A DNA stretch of 64,000 nucleotides. Origin: Patescibacteria group bacterium. GTDB taxonomy: Bacteria > Patescibacteriota > Minisyncoccia > 2-02-FULL-40-12 > IGHO2-01-FULL-4-A. The notes beneath the pieces were generated by a model that saw only the letters and a program-made list of their open reading frames with translations, did no database searches and was not told the origin of the DNA. The stretch is taken from the NCBI GenBank assembly GCA_038064915.1, contig JBBTSB010000004.1:24874-88873 (forward strand). The letters are read 5' to 3'. Position numbers and translations under genes: made by a program. Shown one piece after another: positions 44,493 through 54,762 of the stretch. Numbering within the stretch: position 1 is the first letter of the stretch; the number at the start of each line of letters is the position of its first letter.

Positions 44493-47205
44493 AAAATATT
44501 ACCAGCAACTCAACAAAGAACAGCGTCTTGCTGTAGATTCAATCGAGGGGCCGGTAATGGTGATTGCTGGTCCCGGCACGGGGAAGACGCAGATATTGAC
44601 GCTCCGCATTGCAAATATTCTCCAGAGAACGGATATTCCTGCGGAGGCGATTTTGGCAGTGACATTTACGGAAGCTGGTGTGATTGCGATGCGAAAACGG
44701 CTTACTGAAATCATCGGCTCACAGGCCTACGAAGTCAATATCAATACTTTCCACGGCTTTGCGCAAAACGTCATACAAACCTACCCCGAATCATTTCCTC
44801 GCATCATTGGCTCGGTAAATATCACGGAAGCTGATCAGATCCGTATCATGGAAGAAATTTTGGAAGAAACGAAGGGATTGAAAATTTTGCGTCCTTTTGG
44901 TGACCGCTTGCACTATCTACGCGACGCTTTGCACGCGATTCAAACTCTCAAACGCGAAGGCCTAAGCGTGGAAGATTTTGAAAAAATCGTGGAACAAGCA
45001 GCAAAGGCCTATGATCCTGAAGAAATCAATACAAAAGCAGAGCGTATCAAACTGGAAAAACAAATAGAAAAAAACGCCGAGCTCGCCACGATTTACGGCG
45101 AATACGAGAAAAGATTAACCAAAGAAAAACTCTATGATTTTGACGATATGATCACCGAAGTGCTTGCAGCACTAATGACGAATGATGAATTACGAATGAT
45201 TTTGCAGGAGCAATATCAGTACGTGCTCGTAGATGAACATCAGGATACGAACAACGCACAGAATAGGATCTTGGAATTGTTGATGAGTTATCATGATGAT
45301 CCCAATCTTTTCATAGTAGGCGATGAGAAGCAGGCGATTTTTCGATTTCAGGGCGCGAGTCTCGAAAACTTTCACTATTTTAAAAATAAATTTCCGGAAG
45401 CAAAGCTCATTACGCTCACTGAAAATTATCGTTCTACGCAATCAATTCTCGATGCGGTAGCTACAAAATTAAGAGCACTTGCTGGACACAAGGAAAAAAA
45501 AATTCAACTTCTTGAGGCCAGTGATTCAGATAGCGAACTCTTTACAATTGCCAAGCTCATTAAAGCAAATGAAAACAGCGCTGTGCTCTATCGCGATAAT
45601 CGTGATGTAATCCCACTTGCGAGGATGTTTGATAAGCTCGGCATTCCCTACCACATTGAGTCTGACCTCGATATTTTGACTGATCCCGACATCCGTAAGT
45701 TGCTTCTCATTTTTCATGCCATTGAGCAGTTTGACAAAAAAGTCATCTACCTTGATCTTTGGGGAGTCGATGCTTTTGAGGCAGAACAGCATCTTCCTCG
45801 AATCCAGAAGCAACTTTCTCTGTGGAAGACCGTGGCGTACAACAAATCGCTCTTGGAACTGTTCGATACGGTGGTGCAGGAGTCGGGTCTTCTCAAGTCT
45901 ATCTTAGCTCGGCCAGATGCAGTCGAAGCCATTGAAAAACTGTCGGTTCTTCTCGATCAAATCCGTCGCATGCTCGAGGTGCATCCGGGAGCGAATTTGC
46001 AGGATTTTTTGGCGCAGCTTGACCGCATGGATCGCCATAGACTATCCATCAAGGGCGCACTAGCCGGTGCGCATCCAGGAAAAGTACGTCTCATGACCGC
46101 ACATCGCTCCAAGGGTCTTGAATTTGACTATGTCTATGTTATCAATGCGTATGATGGACATTGGGGGAATCGAAAGCGAGTAGAGAAATTAAAGTTATTG
46201 ATACCAGAACAACAAGGCGCAGATGATGATCGCAATCTTTTTTATGTCGCTCTAACGCGCGCTCGCAAAGAAATCACTATTAGCTACGCAAAGATGTCTC
46301 TCGATCAGCGTGAGCAGATTCCATCACAGTTTATAGGAGAACTCAAGCAAGAATTAATCGAAAAAATCGAAGAAGAAAAGTTTGACAAACAAATACTATT
46401 TTCACCATCACGGCACACGGGAGCGACGGATATCAAGAATTTGGATTTTGTCAGAGAATTATTTAAGAAACGGGGTTTTGCGGTTACACACCTGAATAAT
46501 TACATCGAATGTCCCTGGAAGTATTTCTTTGTAAACCTGCTGCGCGTCCCCAAGGCCCCCGAAGCTCCGCAGATGTATGGAACAGCAGTGCATGCGGCGT
46601 TGAGCGATATTTTGAATGCCGAAACAAAATCAAAAACATATCTCATTAGTCAATTTAAAAAGCACTTAGCTGTTCAACACCTAAGTGTACATGAGCGGGA
46701 GGATTATGAGGAGCGCGGAGTGGAGGCGTTAGGGAAATATTGGGATGAATATCATGCAACATGGACAAATCCAGTGCTGACGGAGTATAAAATAAAGGGT
46801 GTAGAACTGACGTCTGAAATCTTGCTTACGGGGAACTTAGATAAAATAGAATTACTCAATGACCACGATGTAATTGTAACTGATTTCAAGACAGGCAAAC
46901 CAAAAAGCAGAAACGAAATTATGGGGAAAACTCGCACAGGTGATGCAAGCTATTATCGACAACTGGTCTTTTATAACTTGCTTCTGAATAAACACAAGAA
47001 CGGCATGTATAAAATGCAAGCAGGGGAATTGGATTTTGTTGAACACGGGAGGAAAGAGCAATTTCGAATTACGAATGACGAATGTCGAAATTTGGAAAAA
47101 GAAATTAAAAGAGTTGCAAACGAGATACTAAATCTCAAATTCTGGAACAAAAAATGTGATGAAAAAAACTGCGAATGGTGCAGTTTGAGGGGGATGATGA
47201 AGTGA
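44473..47205 (+). CDS. UvrD/PcrA-type helicase fused to a C-terminal Cas4/AddB-like PD-(D/E)xK nuclease with Cys cluster
   Basis: GPGTGKTQ Walker A, DEHQDTN, TAHRSKGLEFDYV helicase motifs; C-terminal DFKTGK...YYRQL nuclease core and Cys at C...C-x4-C-x2-C. Confidence 0.8.
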   Translation: MNLLDFKKYYQQLNKEQRLAVDSIEGPVMVIAGPGTGKTQILTLRIANILQRTDIPAEAILAVTFTEAGVIAMRKRLTEIIGSQAYEVNINTFHGFAQNVIQTYPESFPRIIGSVNITEADQIRIMEEILEETKGLKILRPFGDRLHYLRDALHAIQTLKREGLSVEDFEKIVEQAAKAYDPEEINTKAERIKLEKQIEKNAELATIYGEYEKRLTKEKLYDFDDMITEVLAALMTNDELRMILQEQYQYVLVDEHQDTNNAQNRILELLMSYHDDPNLFIVGDEKQAIFRFQGASLENFHYFKNKFPEAKLITLTENYRSTQSILDAVATKLRALAGHKEKKIQLLEASDSDSELFTIAKLIKANENSAVLYRDNRDVIPLARMFDKLGIPYHIESDLDILTDPDIRKLLLIFHAIEQFDKKVIYLDLWGVDAFEAEQHLPRIQKQLSLWKTVAYNKSLLELFDTVVQESGLLKSILARPDAVEAIEKLSVLLDQIRRMLEVHPGANLQDFLAQLDRMDRHRLSIKGALAGAHPGKVRLMTAHRSKGLEFDYVYVINAYDGHWGNRKRVEKLKLLIPEQQGADDDRNLFYVALTRARKEITISYAKMSLDQREQIPSQFIGELKQELIEKIEEEKFDKQILFSPSRHTGATDIKNLDFVRELFKKRGFAVTHLNNYIECPWKYFFVNLLRVPKAPEAPQMYGTAVHAALSDILNAETKSKTYLISQFKKHLAVQHLSVHEREDYEERGVEALGKYWDEYHATWTNPVLTEYKIKGVELTSEILLTGNLDKIELLNDHDVIVTDFKTGKPKSRNEIMGKTRTGDASYYRQLVFYNLLLNKHKNGMYKMQAGELDFVEHGRKEQFRITNDECRNLEKEIKRVANEILNLKFWNKKCDEKNCEWCSLRGMMK

Positions 47206-47301
47206 TGGTAGGGGGGATGAGTGCTCGGCACTTGGCGTCATCACACCCACCCCCAGGAGCAATTAGTTGTATAGTATAGAAAATATCGCTACACTGCAAG
47301 C

Positions 47302-47982
47302 ATGAAAAAAGTCGCAGTATTTGATATCGATGGTACGATTTTTCGATCAAGCCTGTTGCTAGAGCTTGTTGAGGCACTTATCCAGGCAAAAGTTTTTAGT
47401 AAATATGCCCAGGCGCATTATCTTGATACCTGGGAAAAGTGGCGGGATCGCGAGGGAAGCTATAGTGAGTTTATCGAGAGCGTGATCCAAGCTTATTTGC
47501 ATTATATCAAAGGCGTGCGGCGTGCTGATGTATGGAAAGTAGCCGAGCGTGTGATTGAAATCCAGAAGAAGCGTACCTACCGCTATACTCGTGATCTCGT
47601 AAAAAAACTCCAAAAAACTCATTTCCTCTTGGCCATCTCGCACTCACCCTACGAAGCTGTGGCGCCATTTGCAAAAAGTTGGGGATTTTCAAAGGTGTAT
47701 GCCCTAGTTTATGAAGTAGACAAAAAAGTACGATTTACGGGCAAGACGCTTTATGAGGATATTATTTTTGATAAAGCAAAGGTTCTCCAACGCGCTTTGG
47801 AGCACAACGATCTAGATTTGAAAGGTTCTATTGGTGTCGGTGACACAGAATCAGACATCAGATTTCTCGAGATGGTCGAGCACCCAATCGCCTTTAATCC
47901 GTCCTCAAAACTCTACGCTGTTGCCAAAAAGAAAAAATGGGATATAATTGTAGAGCGAAAAGATGTTATCTATAAAATTTAA
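47302..47982 (+). CDS. HAD-IB family hydrolase (phosphoserine phosphatase-like)
   Basis: VAVFDIDGTI motif I, and GVGDTESD motif IV. Confidence 0.7.
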   Translation: MKKVAVFDIDGTIFRSSLLLELVEALIQAKVFSKYAQAHYLDTWEKWRDREGSYSEFIESVIQAYLHYIKGVRRADVWKVAERVIEIQKKRTYRYTRDLVKKLQKTHFLLAISHSPYEAVAPFAKSWGFSKVYALVYEVDKKVRFTGKTLYEDIIFDKAKVLQRALEHNDLDLKGSIGVGDTESDIRFLEMVEHPIAFNPSSKLYAVAKKKKWDIIVERKDVIYKI

Positions 47983-49273
47983 AAAGGAACAAGGTGCAAT
48001 AGCAGTTCGCTTGAGCGAAGAAAAAATAAGCTACTTTACGGGTAGCGAGCTTGTGGTTGGCATCGGGCCCAAAAAAGATCTTACGACTCGCAAGTGGAGA
48101 CTTATTGCACGCCAAGTAATCTCTATGGCGAAGCAGTACAAGCTCAAGGAAATCAGTGTCAACGCAAAAGACTTTGACTTGGACGGTGTAGAGCTGGCTA
48201 TCAATTTTGAAATGGCCAACTATCAATTTTCGAAGTATAAATCAATAAAAGATGACATTGTGGAAACGATCTATTTGCAACACGCTAACCAAAAAGAGGT
48301 TGAACGGGGTCAGATCATTGGCGAAGAAGTTAATAACACTCGATCGCTTGCGAATACTCCCGGTGGTGACATGACTCCTCTGATTTTTGCAGAACGCGCA
48401 AAGGAAGCCGCCAAAGGCACGAAGGTGCAAGTGAAGGTTTTGGATAAAGACGATATGAAATCTCTGAAAATGGGAGGTGTGCTCGGAGTGGCGCAGGGAT
48501 CCAGCGAAGAGCCGAAGTTTGTTATTTTGGAATATTATGGCTCAAAAAAAAGCGATGCTCCGATCGTCCTCGTTGGCAAAGGAATTACATTTGATTCTGG
48601 CGGATTGAATGTTAAACCCGGCGATTATATGACCGATATGCACCTGGATATGTCCGGAGGTGCGGCGGTGGTTCATAGCATAGTCGCGGCGGCAAAGCTC
48701 GGAATCAAAAAAAACATTGTTGGTCTCATTCCAACCGTAGAAAACATGCCCTCCGGTTCCAGCTATCGTCCCGGTGATGTACTGCGCACCATGTCTGGTC
48801 AAACCATCGAAGTGGGCAACACGGATGCTGAAGGGCGCGTGGTGCTCTCTGATGCCTTGACCTACGCTGAAAAGTACAAACCCATGCTCGTAGTGGATGT
48901 GGCAACGCTCACGGGAGCGGCGGAAGTGGCGCTCGGTCAGCGAGCAAGCGCTATTTTTAGCAAAGACAAAGATCTCCTGCAAAAATTTCAAGAACTCGGT
49001 GAAGCAAGCGGCGATTATGTCTGGCCACTGCCACTATGGGATGAATACGAAGATGAAATCAAAGGAAATTTTGGTGATTGGTCAAATATTGGCAAAACAA
49101 AATGGGGCGGGGCCATCACAGGTGCAATATTTTTGTATCAGTGGGCAAAAAACTATCCGTGGGTGCACATTGACATGGCGCCACGTATGCTTGCGGTAGA
49201 AGGCGAGTATCTTGCCAAGGGTGCCGCCGGAGCGCCGGTGAGACTTCTTGTGAAGGTATTGGAGATGGTATAA
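47963..49273 (+). CDS. pepA: leucyl aminopeptidase (M17)
   Basis: NTDAEGRVVLSDAL signature and VGKGITFDSGG motif. Confidence 0.85.
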   Translation: MLSIKFKKEQGAIAVRLSEEKISYFTGSELVVGIGPKKDLTTRKWRLIARQVISMAKQYKLKEISVNAKDFDLDGVELAINFEMANYQFSKYKSIKDDIVETIYLQHANQKEVERGQIIGEEVNNTRSLANTPGGDMTPLIFAERAKEAAKGTKVQVKVLDKDDMKSLKMGGVLGVAQGSSEEPKFVILEYYGSKKSDAPIVLVGKGITFDSGGLNVKPGDYMTDMHLDMSGGAAVVHSIVAAAKLGIKKNIVGLIPTVENMPSGSSYRPGDVLRTMSGQTIEVGNTDAEGRVVLSDALTYAEKYKPMLVVDVATLTGAAEVALGQRASAIFSKDKDLLQKFQELGEASGDYVWPLPLWDEYEDEIKGNFGDWSNIGKTKWGGAITGAIFLYQWAKNYPWVHIDMAPRMLAVEGEYLAKGAAGAPVRLLVKVLEMV

Positions 49274-49280
49274 TGATTTC

Positions 49281-50924
49281 ATGTATGAACTCGCTCTCGT
49301 AGTCATTGTTGCCGCGCTTTTGGCGATCGTGATGCGCATGCTGAAGCAGCCGCTGGTTTTGGCATACCTCGCGACTGGCTTGCTGTTCAGTGCGCTGGGA
49401 CTGTACCACATCGCTTCCAATGAATCATTTTCCCTTCTCTCTGATCTTGGAGTGATGTTTTTGCTGTTTCTTGTCGGCCTTGAAATCAACTATACGTCGA
49501 TTAAAATGGTCGGAAAAACAGCCGTTCTCCTTGGCTTGGGGCAAATTCTCCTGACCTTCGGTGTGGGGTTTGTCATAGCGCTCCTGTTTCATTTTTCCAC
49601 CCTCACCGCGGCCTACATCGCCATCGCACTTACCTTTTCCAGCACCATCATTGTCGTAAAACTGCTTTCCGAGAAAAAAGATCTCAACAGTTTGTATGGA
49701 AAAATCAGTATTGGTTTTTTGCTCGTACAAGATTTTGTGGCGATTTTGTTGTTGGTCGTGCTTTCGGGAGGGCCACTTGTTTCTACGCTCATCAAGGGTG
49801 TAGTCCTCCTTGCGGTCATGTTTTGGCTTGGTCGCAAGGCGATTCCGCTCTTGTTTAACAAAATCGGCCGATCTCAAGAGCTTCTCTTCATCGTGAGCCT
49901 TGCCTGGGTGTTTGTGGTGACATCGATTGTTCAAAAGCTCGGCTTTTCTGTGGAGATTGCGGGATTTCTCGCGGGTATCGGCCTTGCAAACTCCTATGAA
50001 AACTTTCAAATTGCAAGCCACATACGCCCACTGCGAGACTTTTTCATACTCATTTTCTTTGTGATGCTGGGGGCTTCGATCACGTTCTTTAATTTTGCTG
50101 GTCTTGGCTGGCCTATTATCATTTTTTCACTCTTTGTTCTCATTGGAAATCCGCTCATCGTCCTTGTTCTTATGGGACTTACTGGGTATCGGCGAAGGAC
50201 GAGCTTTATGACAGGCATCACGATGGCGCAGGTTTCGGAATTTAGCCTTATTCTTGCTGCTCTTGGTTTTAAGCTCCACCACATCAATGAGCAGGCCGTG
50301 GGTTTGATCACTGCAGTGGGAGTCATCACCATTGTTGTATCAACGTATCTCATTATCCACGGTGATTCTATTGTACAAAAACTATGGCATATGTTGGCTG
50401 TCTTTGAAAAATTGGATCCGTTGAGCGAAGACGGTTTTGCTTCGATGGAGTTTCACCGACCCACGATTCTTATCGGTGCCCAGCGAATTGGCCACATCAT
50501 AGCTTCACATATTCGAAAAGACGAGCTTTTGATCATTGATTTTGATCCGTCGGTTGTCGAGCGGTTTAAGAAACACGGCTATGCATGTTTGCTTGGCGAT
50601 ATTTCCGATCGCGATATTTTTGAAAAGGCCAATTTTGACGAGAGTAAGCTCGTCATTTGCACGAGTCCGGATGTGCAGGACAACTTGTCTTTGTTAACGC
50701 AGCTAAGGCACACCAAAGGTCCCCGGAAGATTATTTTGCGAGCGGACAATGATCATGATTCCACGATTCTTTACAAAAAAGGCGCTGACTATGTCATCCG
50801 GCCGCATCTGACTTCAGGCCATTATATTGGAGAAATTTTGGGCAATAAGGAAGAGCGCGACCGCTCCCTCTGGCACGCCCGAGAAAAAGATTTTAAGATT
50901 GTCTCAAGAGAACTACAACATTAA
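49281..50924 (+). CDS. CPA2-family cation:proton antiporter with C-terminal RCK/TrkA-N domain (Kef-type)
   Basis: about 12 TM segments followed by a Rossmann-like RCK domain. Confidence 0.8.
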   Translation: MYELALVVIVAALLAIVMRMLKQPLVLAYLATGLLFSALGLYHIASNESFSLLSDLGVMFLLFLVGLEINYTSIKMVGKTAVLLGLGQILLTFGVGFVIALLFHFSTLTAAYIAIALTFSSTIIVVKLLSEKKDLNSLYGKISIGFLLVQDFVAILLLVVLSGGPLVSTLIKGVVLLAVMFWLGRKAIPLLFNKIGRSQELLFIVSLAWVFVVTSIVQKLGFSVEIAGFLAGIGLANSYENFQIASHIRPLRDFFILIFFVMLGASITFFNFAGLGWPIIIFSLFVLIGNPLIVLVLMGLTGYRRRTSFMTGITMAQVSEFSLILAALGFKLHHINEQAVGLITAVGVITIVVSTYLIIHGDSIVQKLWHMLAVFEKLDPLSEDGFASMEFHRPTILIGAQRIGHIIASHIRKDELLIIDFDPSVVERFKKHGYACLLGDISDRDIFEKANFDESKLVICTSPDVQDNLSLLTQLRHTKGPRKIILRADNDHDSTILYKKGADYVIRPHLTSGHYIGEILGNKEERDRSLWHAREKDFKIVSRELQH

Positions 50925-51834
50925 GAAGTTTCTCAACTTCCTTGAGACTGTCGAGGTCGTGAATTGAAATTAGCAGAGGGTTTAAATGTTTAAAAGTTTC
51001 AAGTTTAAAGTTAGGAACTAAGTCGCTTTTGGTAACAAAAATATATTCCGGTTTTTCTAAGAGTTTTTTGTTGAATGTCGCAAGTTCCGAGCGTACTATT
51101 TCGTAGTCTTTTTCCGGGTGAGGGGAATCTGCGGCAATACAGTGAAAGAGCACTTTAGTGCGTTCTATGTGGCGCAAAAATTTAATTCCCAATCCTTTGC
51201 CACTCGACGCACCTTCAATGAGCCCCGGGATATCTGCGAGAATAAGTCCGCCATGCCAAACGCCAAGATTCGGTTCCAGCGTAGTAAACTGATAGTTTGC
51301 AACTTTGCTTTTAGCGTTGGTGAGTTCATTGAGAAGACTCGACTTACCGACATTGGGTAGACCGATGAGGCCGACATCGGCGATCAGTTTGAGCTCAAGG
51401 CGGATGGTATACTCTTCTCCTTTTGTGCCAGGTTCAAACTCCTTGGGACTTGTGTTTTCGGGACCTCGAAAGTGAAAGTTGCCACGGCCTCCTTTACCGC
51501 CTTGGGCGATCATGACGCGCTCGCCGACTTTGGTGATTTCGATATTTTTGGGATGGACTACCGTACCCACGGGAACTTTTAAAACTAAATCTTCCCCTCG
51601 AGGTCCATCCACAAATTGCCCACGGCCATTGCCACCATCCTGGGCTTTCCAGTCTTTTTTATTGCGAAATTGGTAGAGCGCCCCTAAATCTGAAATTCCT
51701 TCCAGGTACACGCTTCCACCGTGTCCGCCTGAACCACCCACGGGGCCGAGGGATTTCATGTTGGAGTTAAATGCAACCTTTCCATTACCACCGTTGCCGG
51801 CCTTTACGTTGATTGTCACGTCATCAATAAGCAT
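50893..51834 (-). CDS. obg: GTPase Obg/CgtA
   Basis: N-terminal Gly-rich Obg fold (GNGGNGKVAF...GGSGGHGGSV) and G1-G5 GTPase motifs; C-terminal tail contains the TTTAAAC repeat. Confidence 0.9.
   Translation of the reverse strand: MLIDDVTINVKAGNGGNGKVAFNSNMKSLGPVGGSGGHGGSVYLEGISDLGALYQFRNKKDWKAQDGGNGRGQFVDGPRGEDLVLKVPVGTVVHPKNIEITKVGERVMIAQGGKGGRGNFHFRGPENTSPKEFEPGTKGEEYTIRLELKLIADVGLIGLPNVGKSSLLNELTNAKSKVANYQFTTLEPNLGVWHGGLILADIPGLIEGASSGKGLGIKFLRHIERTKVLFHCIAADSPHPEKDYEIVRSELATFNKKLLEKPEYIFVTKSDLVPNFKLETFKHLNPLLISIHDLDSLKEVEKLLNVVVLLRQS
50979..51012. repeat. TTTAAAC-heptamer repeat element (reverse orientation), in frame in the obg C-terminal tail
   Basis: GGTTTAAATGTTTAAAAGTTTCAAGTTTAAAGTT; the minus strand encodes NFKLETFKHLNP. 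Confidence 0.55.
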
Positions 51835-51847
51835 GTACTATTAAACC

Positions 51848-52951
51848 ATGGAACTCACAGTTTCTCAATTTTTGGAAGCGGTGAATCTGCATTTGCGTCA
51901 GCAACAGGTCACCGTGTATGGAGAGGTGACCGGGCGCATCAACCGGCGTGGGGGAGTGACATACTTTACGATTCATGATCAAGAGGAAGACGCAAGCATG
52001 ACCTGCATGGGGTTTAACTCGATCATGGACAAGCTTGGAATAGAGTTGGAGGAGGGGATGGTGATTAAAGTCAGCGGGTATCCCGAAATTTGGAAACGCA
52101 ACGGAATGTTTTCATTCAAAGCTTTTCAGATCATGCTTGCGGGTGAAGGGACACTCAAGCGACAGTTTGAAGCCTTGAAGAGAAAGTTAGAGACAGATGG
52201 GTTATTTAGTGAAGAGTACAAAAAACCTCTTCCCAGTTTTATTAAATCCCTAGGTTTGATTACGGCGGAGGGTCGCGAAGCGCAAAATGATTTTTTAAAG
52301 CATCTCACATCTGTTGGAATTTCGGTCAATTTATATGATGTACGCGTGGAAGGTGCAAGCGCCGTAGAGCAGGTTTGCGAGGCTATCGCATATTTTAATC
52401 AGCACGAACCGGAAACAGAAGTCTTGGTCATCACCCGCGGTGGAGGCTCCATGGAGGCTCTACAAGCCTTTAATAGCGAAGATATCGCCCGAGCCATATT
52501 TGCGTCACGTATTCCTGTGATTTCGGCCATAGGACATGAACGGGATGTGACGATTGCCGATTTTGTGGCAGATGTGCGGGCTTCTACACCAACCGATGCG
52601 GCCAAAATCATCAGTGCTGACTGGCAATCGGCTCCTCTCACACTTCAAAATATAGCGCAATCTCTCAATACAGATGTGAACCGGCTTATTGCTGAGCTTC
52701 GACAGACGATGGCGGTATGGAATTCGCAGGTTCAGCAAAGTATAGACCATACATTTAAACACTTAAACTTGAAACTCTTAAACTACGAGCATCAACTCAC
52801 GCTTTCCAATCCTGAATTAAAACTAAAACAAGGATATGCGATTGTACGGGATAGTAAAAACAAAATTATTAAAAATATTGCAGATATAGCTGACAGTGAT
52901 ATAGTAGAAGCGCAATTCGCATATGGCAAAACAAAGCTCAAAAGAATTTAA
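51848..52951 (+). CDS. xseA: exodeoxyribonuclease VII large subunit
   Basis: N-terminal OB fold, catalytic core and C-terminal coiled region; followed by xseB; contains the TTTAAAC repeat. Confidence 0.8.
   Translation: MELTVSQFLEAVNLHLRQQQVTVYGEVTGRINRRGGVTYFTIHDQEEDASMTCMGFNSIMDKLGIELEEGMVIKVSGYPEIWKRNGMFSFKAFQIMLAGEGTLKRQFEALKRKLETDGLFSEEYKKPLPSFIKSLGLITAEGREAQNDFLKHLTSVGISVNLYDVRVEGASAVEQVCEAIAYFNQHEPETEVLVITRGGGSMEALQAFNSEDIARAIFASRIPVISAIGHERDVTIADFVADVRASTPTDAAKIISADWQSAPLTLQNIAQSLNTDVNRLIAELRQTMAVWNSQVQQSIDHTFKHLNLKLLNYEHQLTLSNPELKLKQGYAIVRDSKNKIIKNIADIADSDIVEAQFAYGKTKLKRI
52753..52783. repeat. TTTAAAC-heptamer repeat element, in frame in xseA
   Basis: ATTTAAACACTTAAACTTGAAACTCTTAAAC encodes TFKHLNLKLLN. 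Confidence 0.55.
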
Positions 52952-53132
52952 CTTTAAAAAAGCCTTCGCAGAACTCGAGGATATTTCATCATGGTTTCAA
53001 AATCCGGATATTGATCTGGACGAAGCGCTCAAAAAGTATGAACGAGGCTTAGTCTTGATCAAAGAAGCCCAAGCACATCTCAAAGAAACCGAGAATCAGT
53101 TCAAGGTGATCAAAAAGAGTGAGGTTGATTAG
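52923..53132 (+). CDS. xseB: exodeoxyribonuclease VII small subunit
   Basis: 69 aa; FEEALAELEDI-like helical hairpin (FKKAFAELEDISSWFQNPDIDLDEALKKYERG). Confidence 0.8.
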   Translation: MAKQSSKEFNFKKAFAELEDISSWFQNPDIDLDEALKKYERGLVLIKEAQAHLKETENQFKVIKKSEVD

Positions 53133-53461
53133 CGTGGTAGTTGTTTCTCGAGGTGCTCTTTTTCTCTAGCAAGTTCCTGGATGCGCGCAGTGAGATGTAT
53201 AATTTCATCATTTAGTTCTTTTTTCAATGCTCGGTCTCGTGCGGCCTGATTTGGATTAAGTTGCATGAGTGATAGCCGCTCATTTACGGCATCCAGCGCA
53301 TCTCTTTTTTCCGCTACGATTTTTTGAGCGGCCGCGAGTTCTTTATTAAGTTTATCGATTGGCGTCTCAAAATCACTTGCAAGTCGTAAATTTCGACGCG
53401 CAACGGCTTCCTCTAAATCCGCTAGTGATTTCGCTTTTGGTTTGAATTCGTTTTCCTTCAT
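53129..53461 (-). CDS. coiled-coil hypothetical protein (110 aa)
   Basis: heptad-rich sequence; no domain recognised. Confidence 0.4.
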   Translation of the reverse strand: MKENEFKPKAKSLADLEEAVARRNLRLASDFETPIDKLNKELAAAQKIVAEKRDALDAVNERLSLMQLNPNQAARDRALKKELNDEIIHLTARIQELAREKEHLEKQLPR

Positions 53462-54762
53462 GTCAATACTTTATCAGTTTCTCGGCGGAGAAGTATCCAC
53501 AAAAGAATAATTTTAACCAAACTGCCAACAAAAAAGCCCAGTGCGAGGCCGCGCACGCCCATGAAGCGGGAAAAATAGTATCCGGCGCCAAGAGCAAAGA
53601 CGAGGCCGCCGATGCTGATAAGGGTGGGGGTGAGACTATTTTTGAGTGCATAAAAACTTCGGGCCAAGAGATGACTCAAGCTTTCCGTAGGAATAGCGAG
53701 TGCAAAAAATGAAAACGTGGCCGCCGTAAGTGCAATTTCATCAGCACCAAACTCTCCTCCTCCGAGCAAAATACTGATGAGTGGACGGCGGATCAGGTAC
53801 ATCACCAATGCAGCAAGAATAGTGACGGAGACGATTACTTTTCCCGTAAACCATAGCTCGTTGTTGAAATCATCCTTTGTTTTTGCGCGCGAAAGTGCAG
53901 GAAATACCGTGAGAGCAAATGTCGCGCCGATGACATTGACCGGCATGCTTTCAAAATTGCGTGCAAAATTCATGATCGCGATTGATCCAGCACCCAATGA
54001 CGAAGCAATGATCGTAAATCCCGCAAAAGTGAGTTGTTCGATCGGATGTCCTGCCATCTTGGGAATCATGAGCCGAACAAAATTGCGATAGACATCACTA
54101 AAATGAATTTTTGGTCGGTAGGCAAGCCACTTTCTCGTTGCGATCAAGCGGGGGATCAAATGCAAGACTGCTCCTGCAAGTGTCCCTACGGCAACGCCAT
54201 AAATTCCCCAAATAGGCACAAGGAATATTGTTCCCAAAATAATGCCGGTATTGTAAAGCGCAGCGGATATCCCAAACCAAAAAAACCGTTCATGGCTCAC
54301 GAGGATACTTCCCAGCGTATTGCTGATTGCAAAAATAATTGGGGAGAGCAGGAGGATGCGCATGAGAATGACAAAACTGTGTCGAGCAACATCATCAAAA
54401 CCAGGTACGATAAGATGACTCAGTTGCGGCGCAAGAAAAAAAGAAATAACACCGCACACAAAAACTACCAAAAGAGAGCTATTCAGAACAGAATTAATAA
54501 ACTCTGGTCGCTCTTCGTCTTTCGTGGAGGTAAAGAGGGGAATAAATGCGGCTGTAAGAGCCCCCGCAACAAAGATATTTAAGATCAAATCCGGTACCGT
54601 GAATGCCGCATTATAGGCATCCAGTACGGGAGAGGCTCCAAAGGTGTGAGCAAACTGCCGATCACGCAAAAGGCCTAATATATAGCTCAAAACGGTGGTA
54701 ATTGCGAGTGCCGCTGACCCCTTGAAAAAAGTTTTTCGATTTATGATATAATGGAGTTGCAT
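53458..54762 (-). CDS. murJ: lipid II flippase MurJ/MviN (short form)
   Basis: LSYILGLLRDRQFAHTFGASPVLDAYNAAFTVPDLILNIFVAGALTAAFIPLF N-terminal signature; 12 TM segments. Confidence 0.75.
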   Translation of the reverse strand: MQLHYIINRKTFFKGSAALAITTVLSYILGLLRDRQFAHTFGASPVLDAYNAAFTVPDLILNIFVAGALTAAFIPLFTSTKDEERPEFINSVLNSSLLVVFVCGVISFFLAPQLSHLIVPGFDDVARHSFVILMRILLLSPIIFAISNTLGSILVSHERFFWFGISAALYNTGIILGTIFLVPIWGIYGVAVGTLAGAVLHLIPRLIATRKWLAYRPKIHFSDVYRNFVRLMIPKMAGHPIEQLTFAGFTIIASSLGAGSIAIMNFARNFESMPVNVIGATFALTVFPALSRAKTKDDFNNELWFTGKVIVSVTILAALVMYLIRRPLISILLGGGEFGADEIALTAATFSFFALAIPTESLSHLLARSFYALKNSLTPTLISIGGLVFALGAGYYFSRFMGVRGLALGFFVGSLVKIILLWILLRRETDKVLT

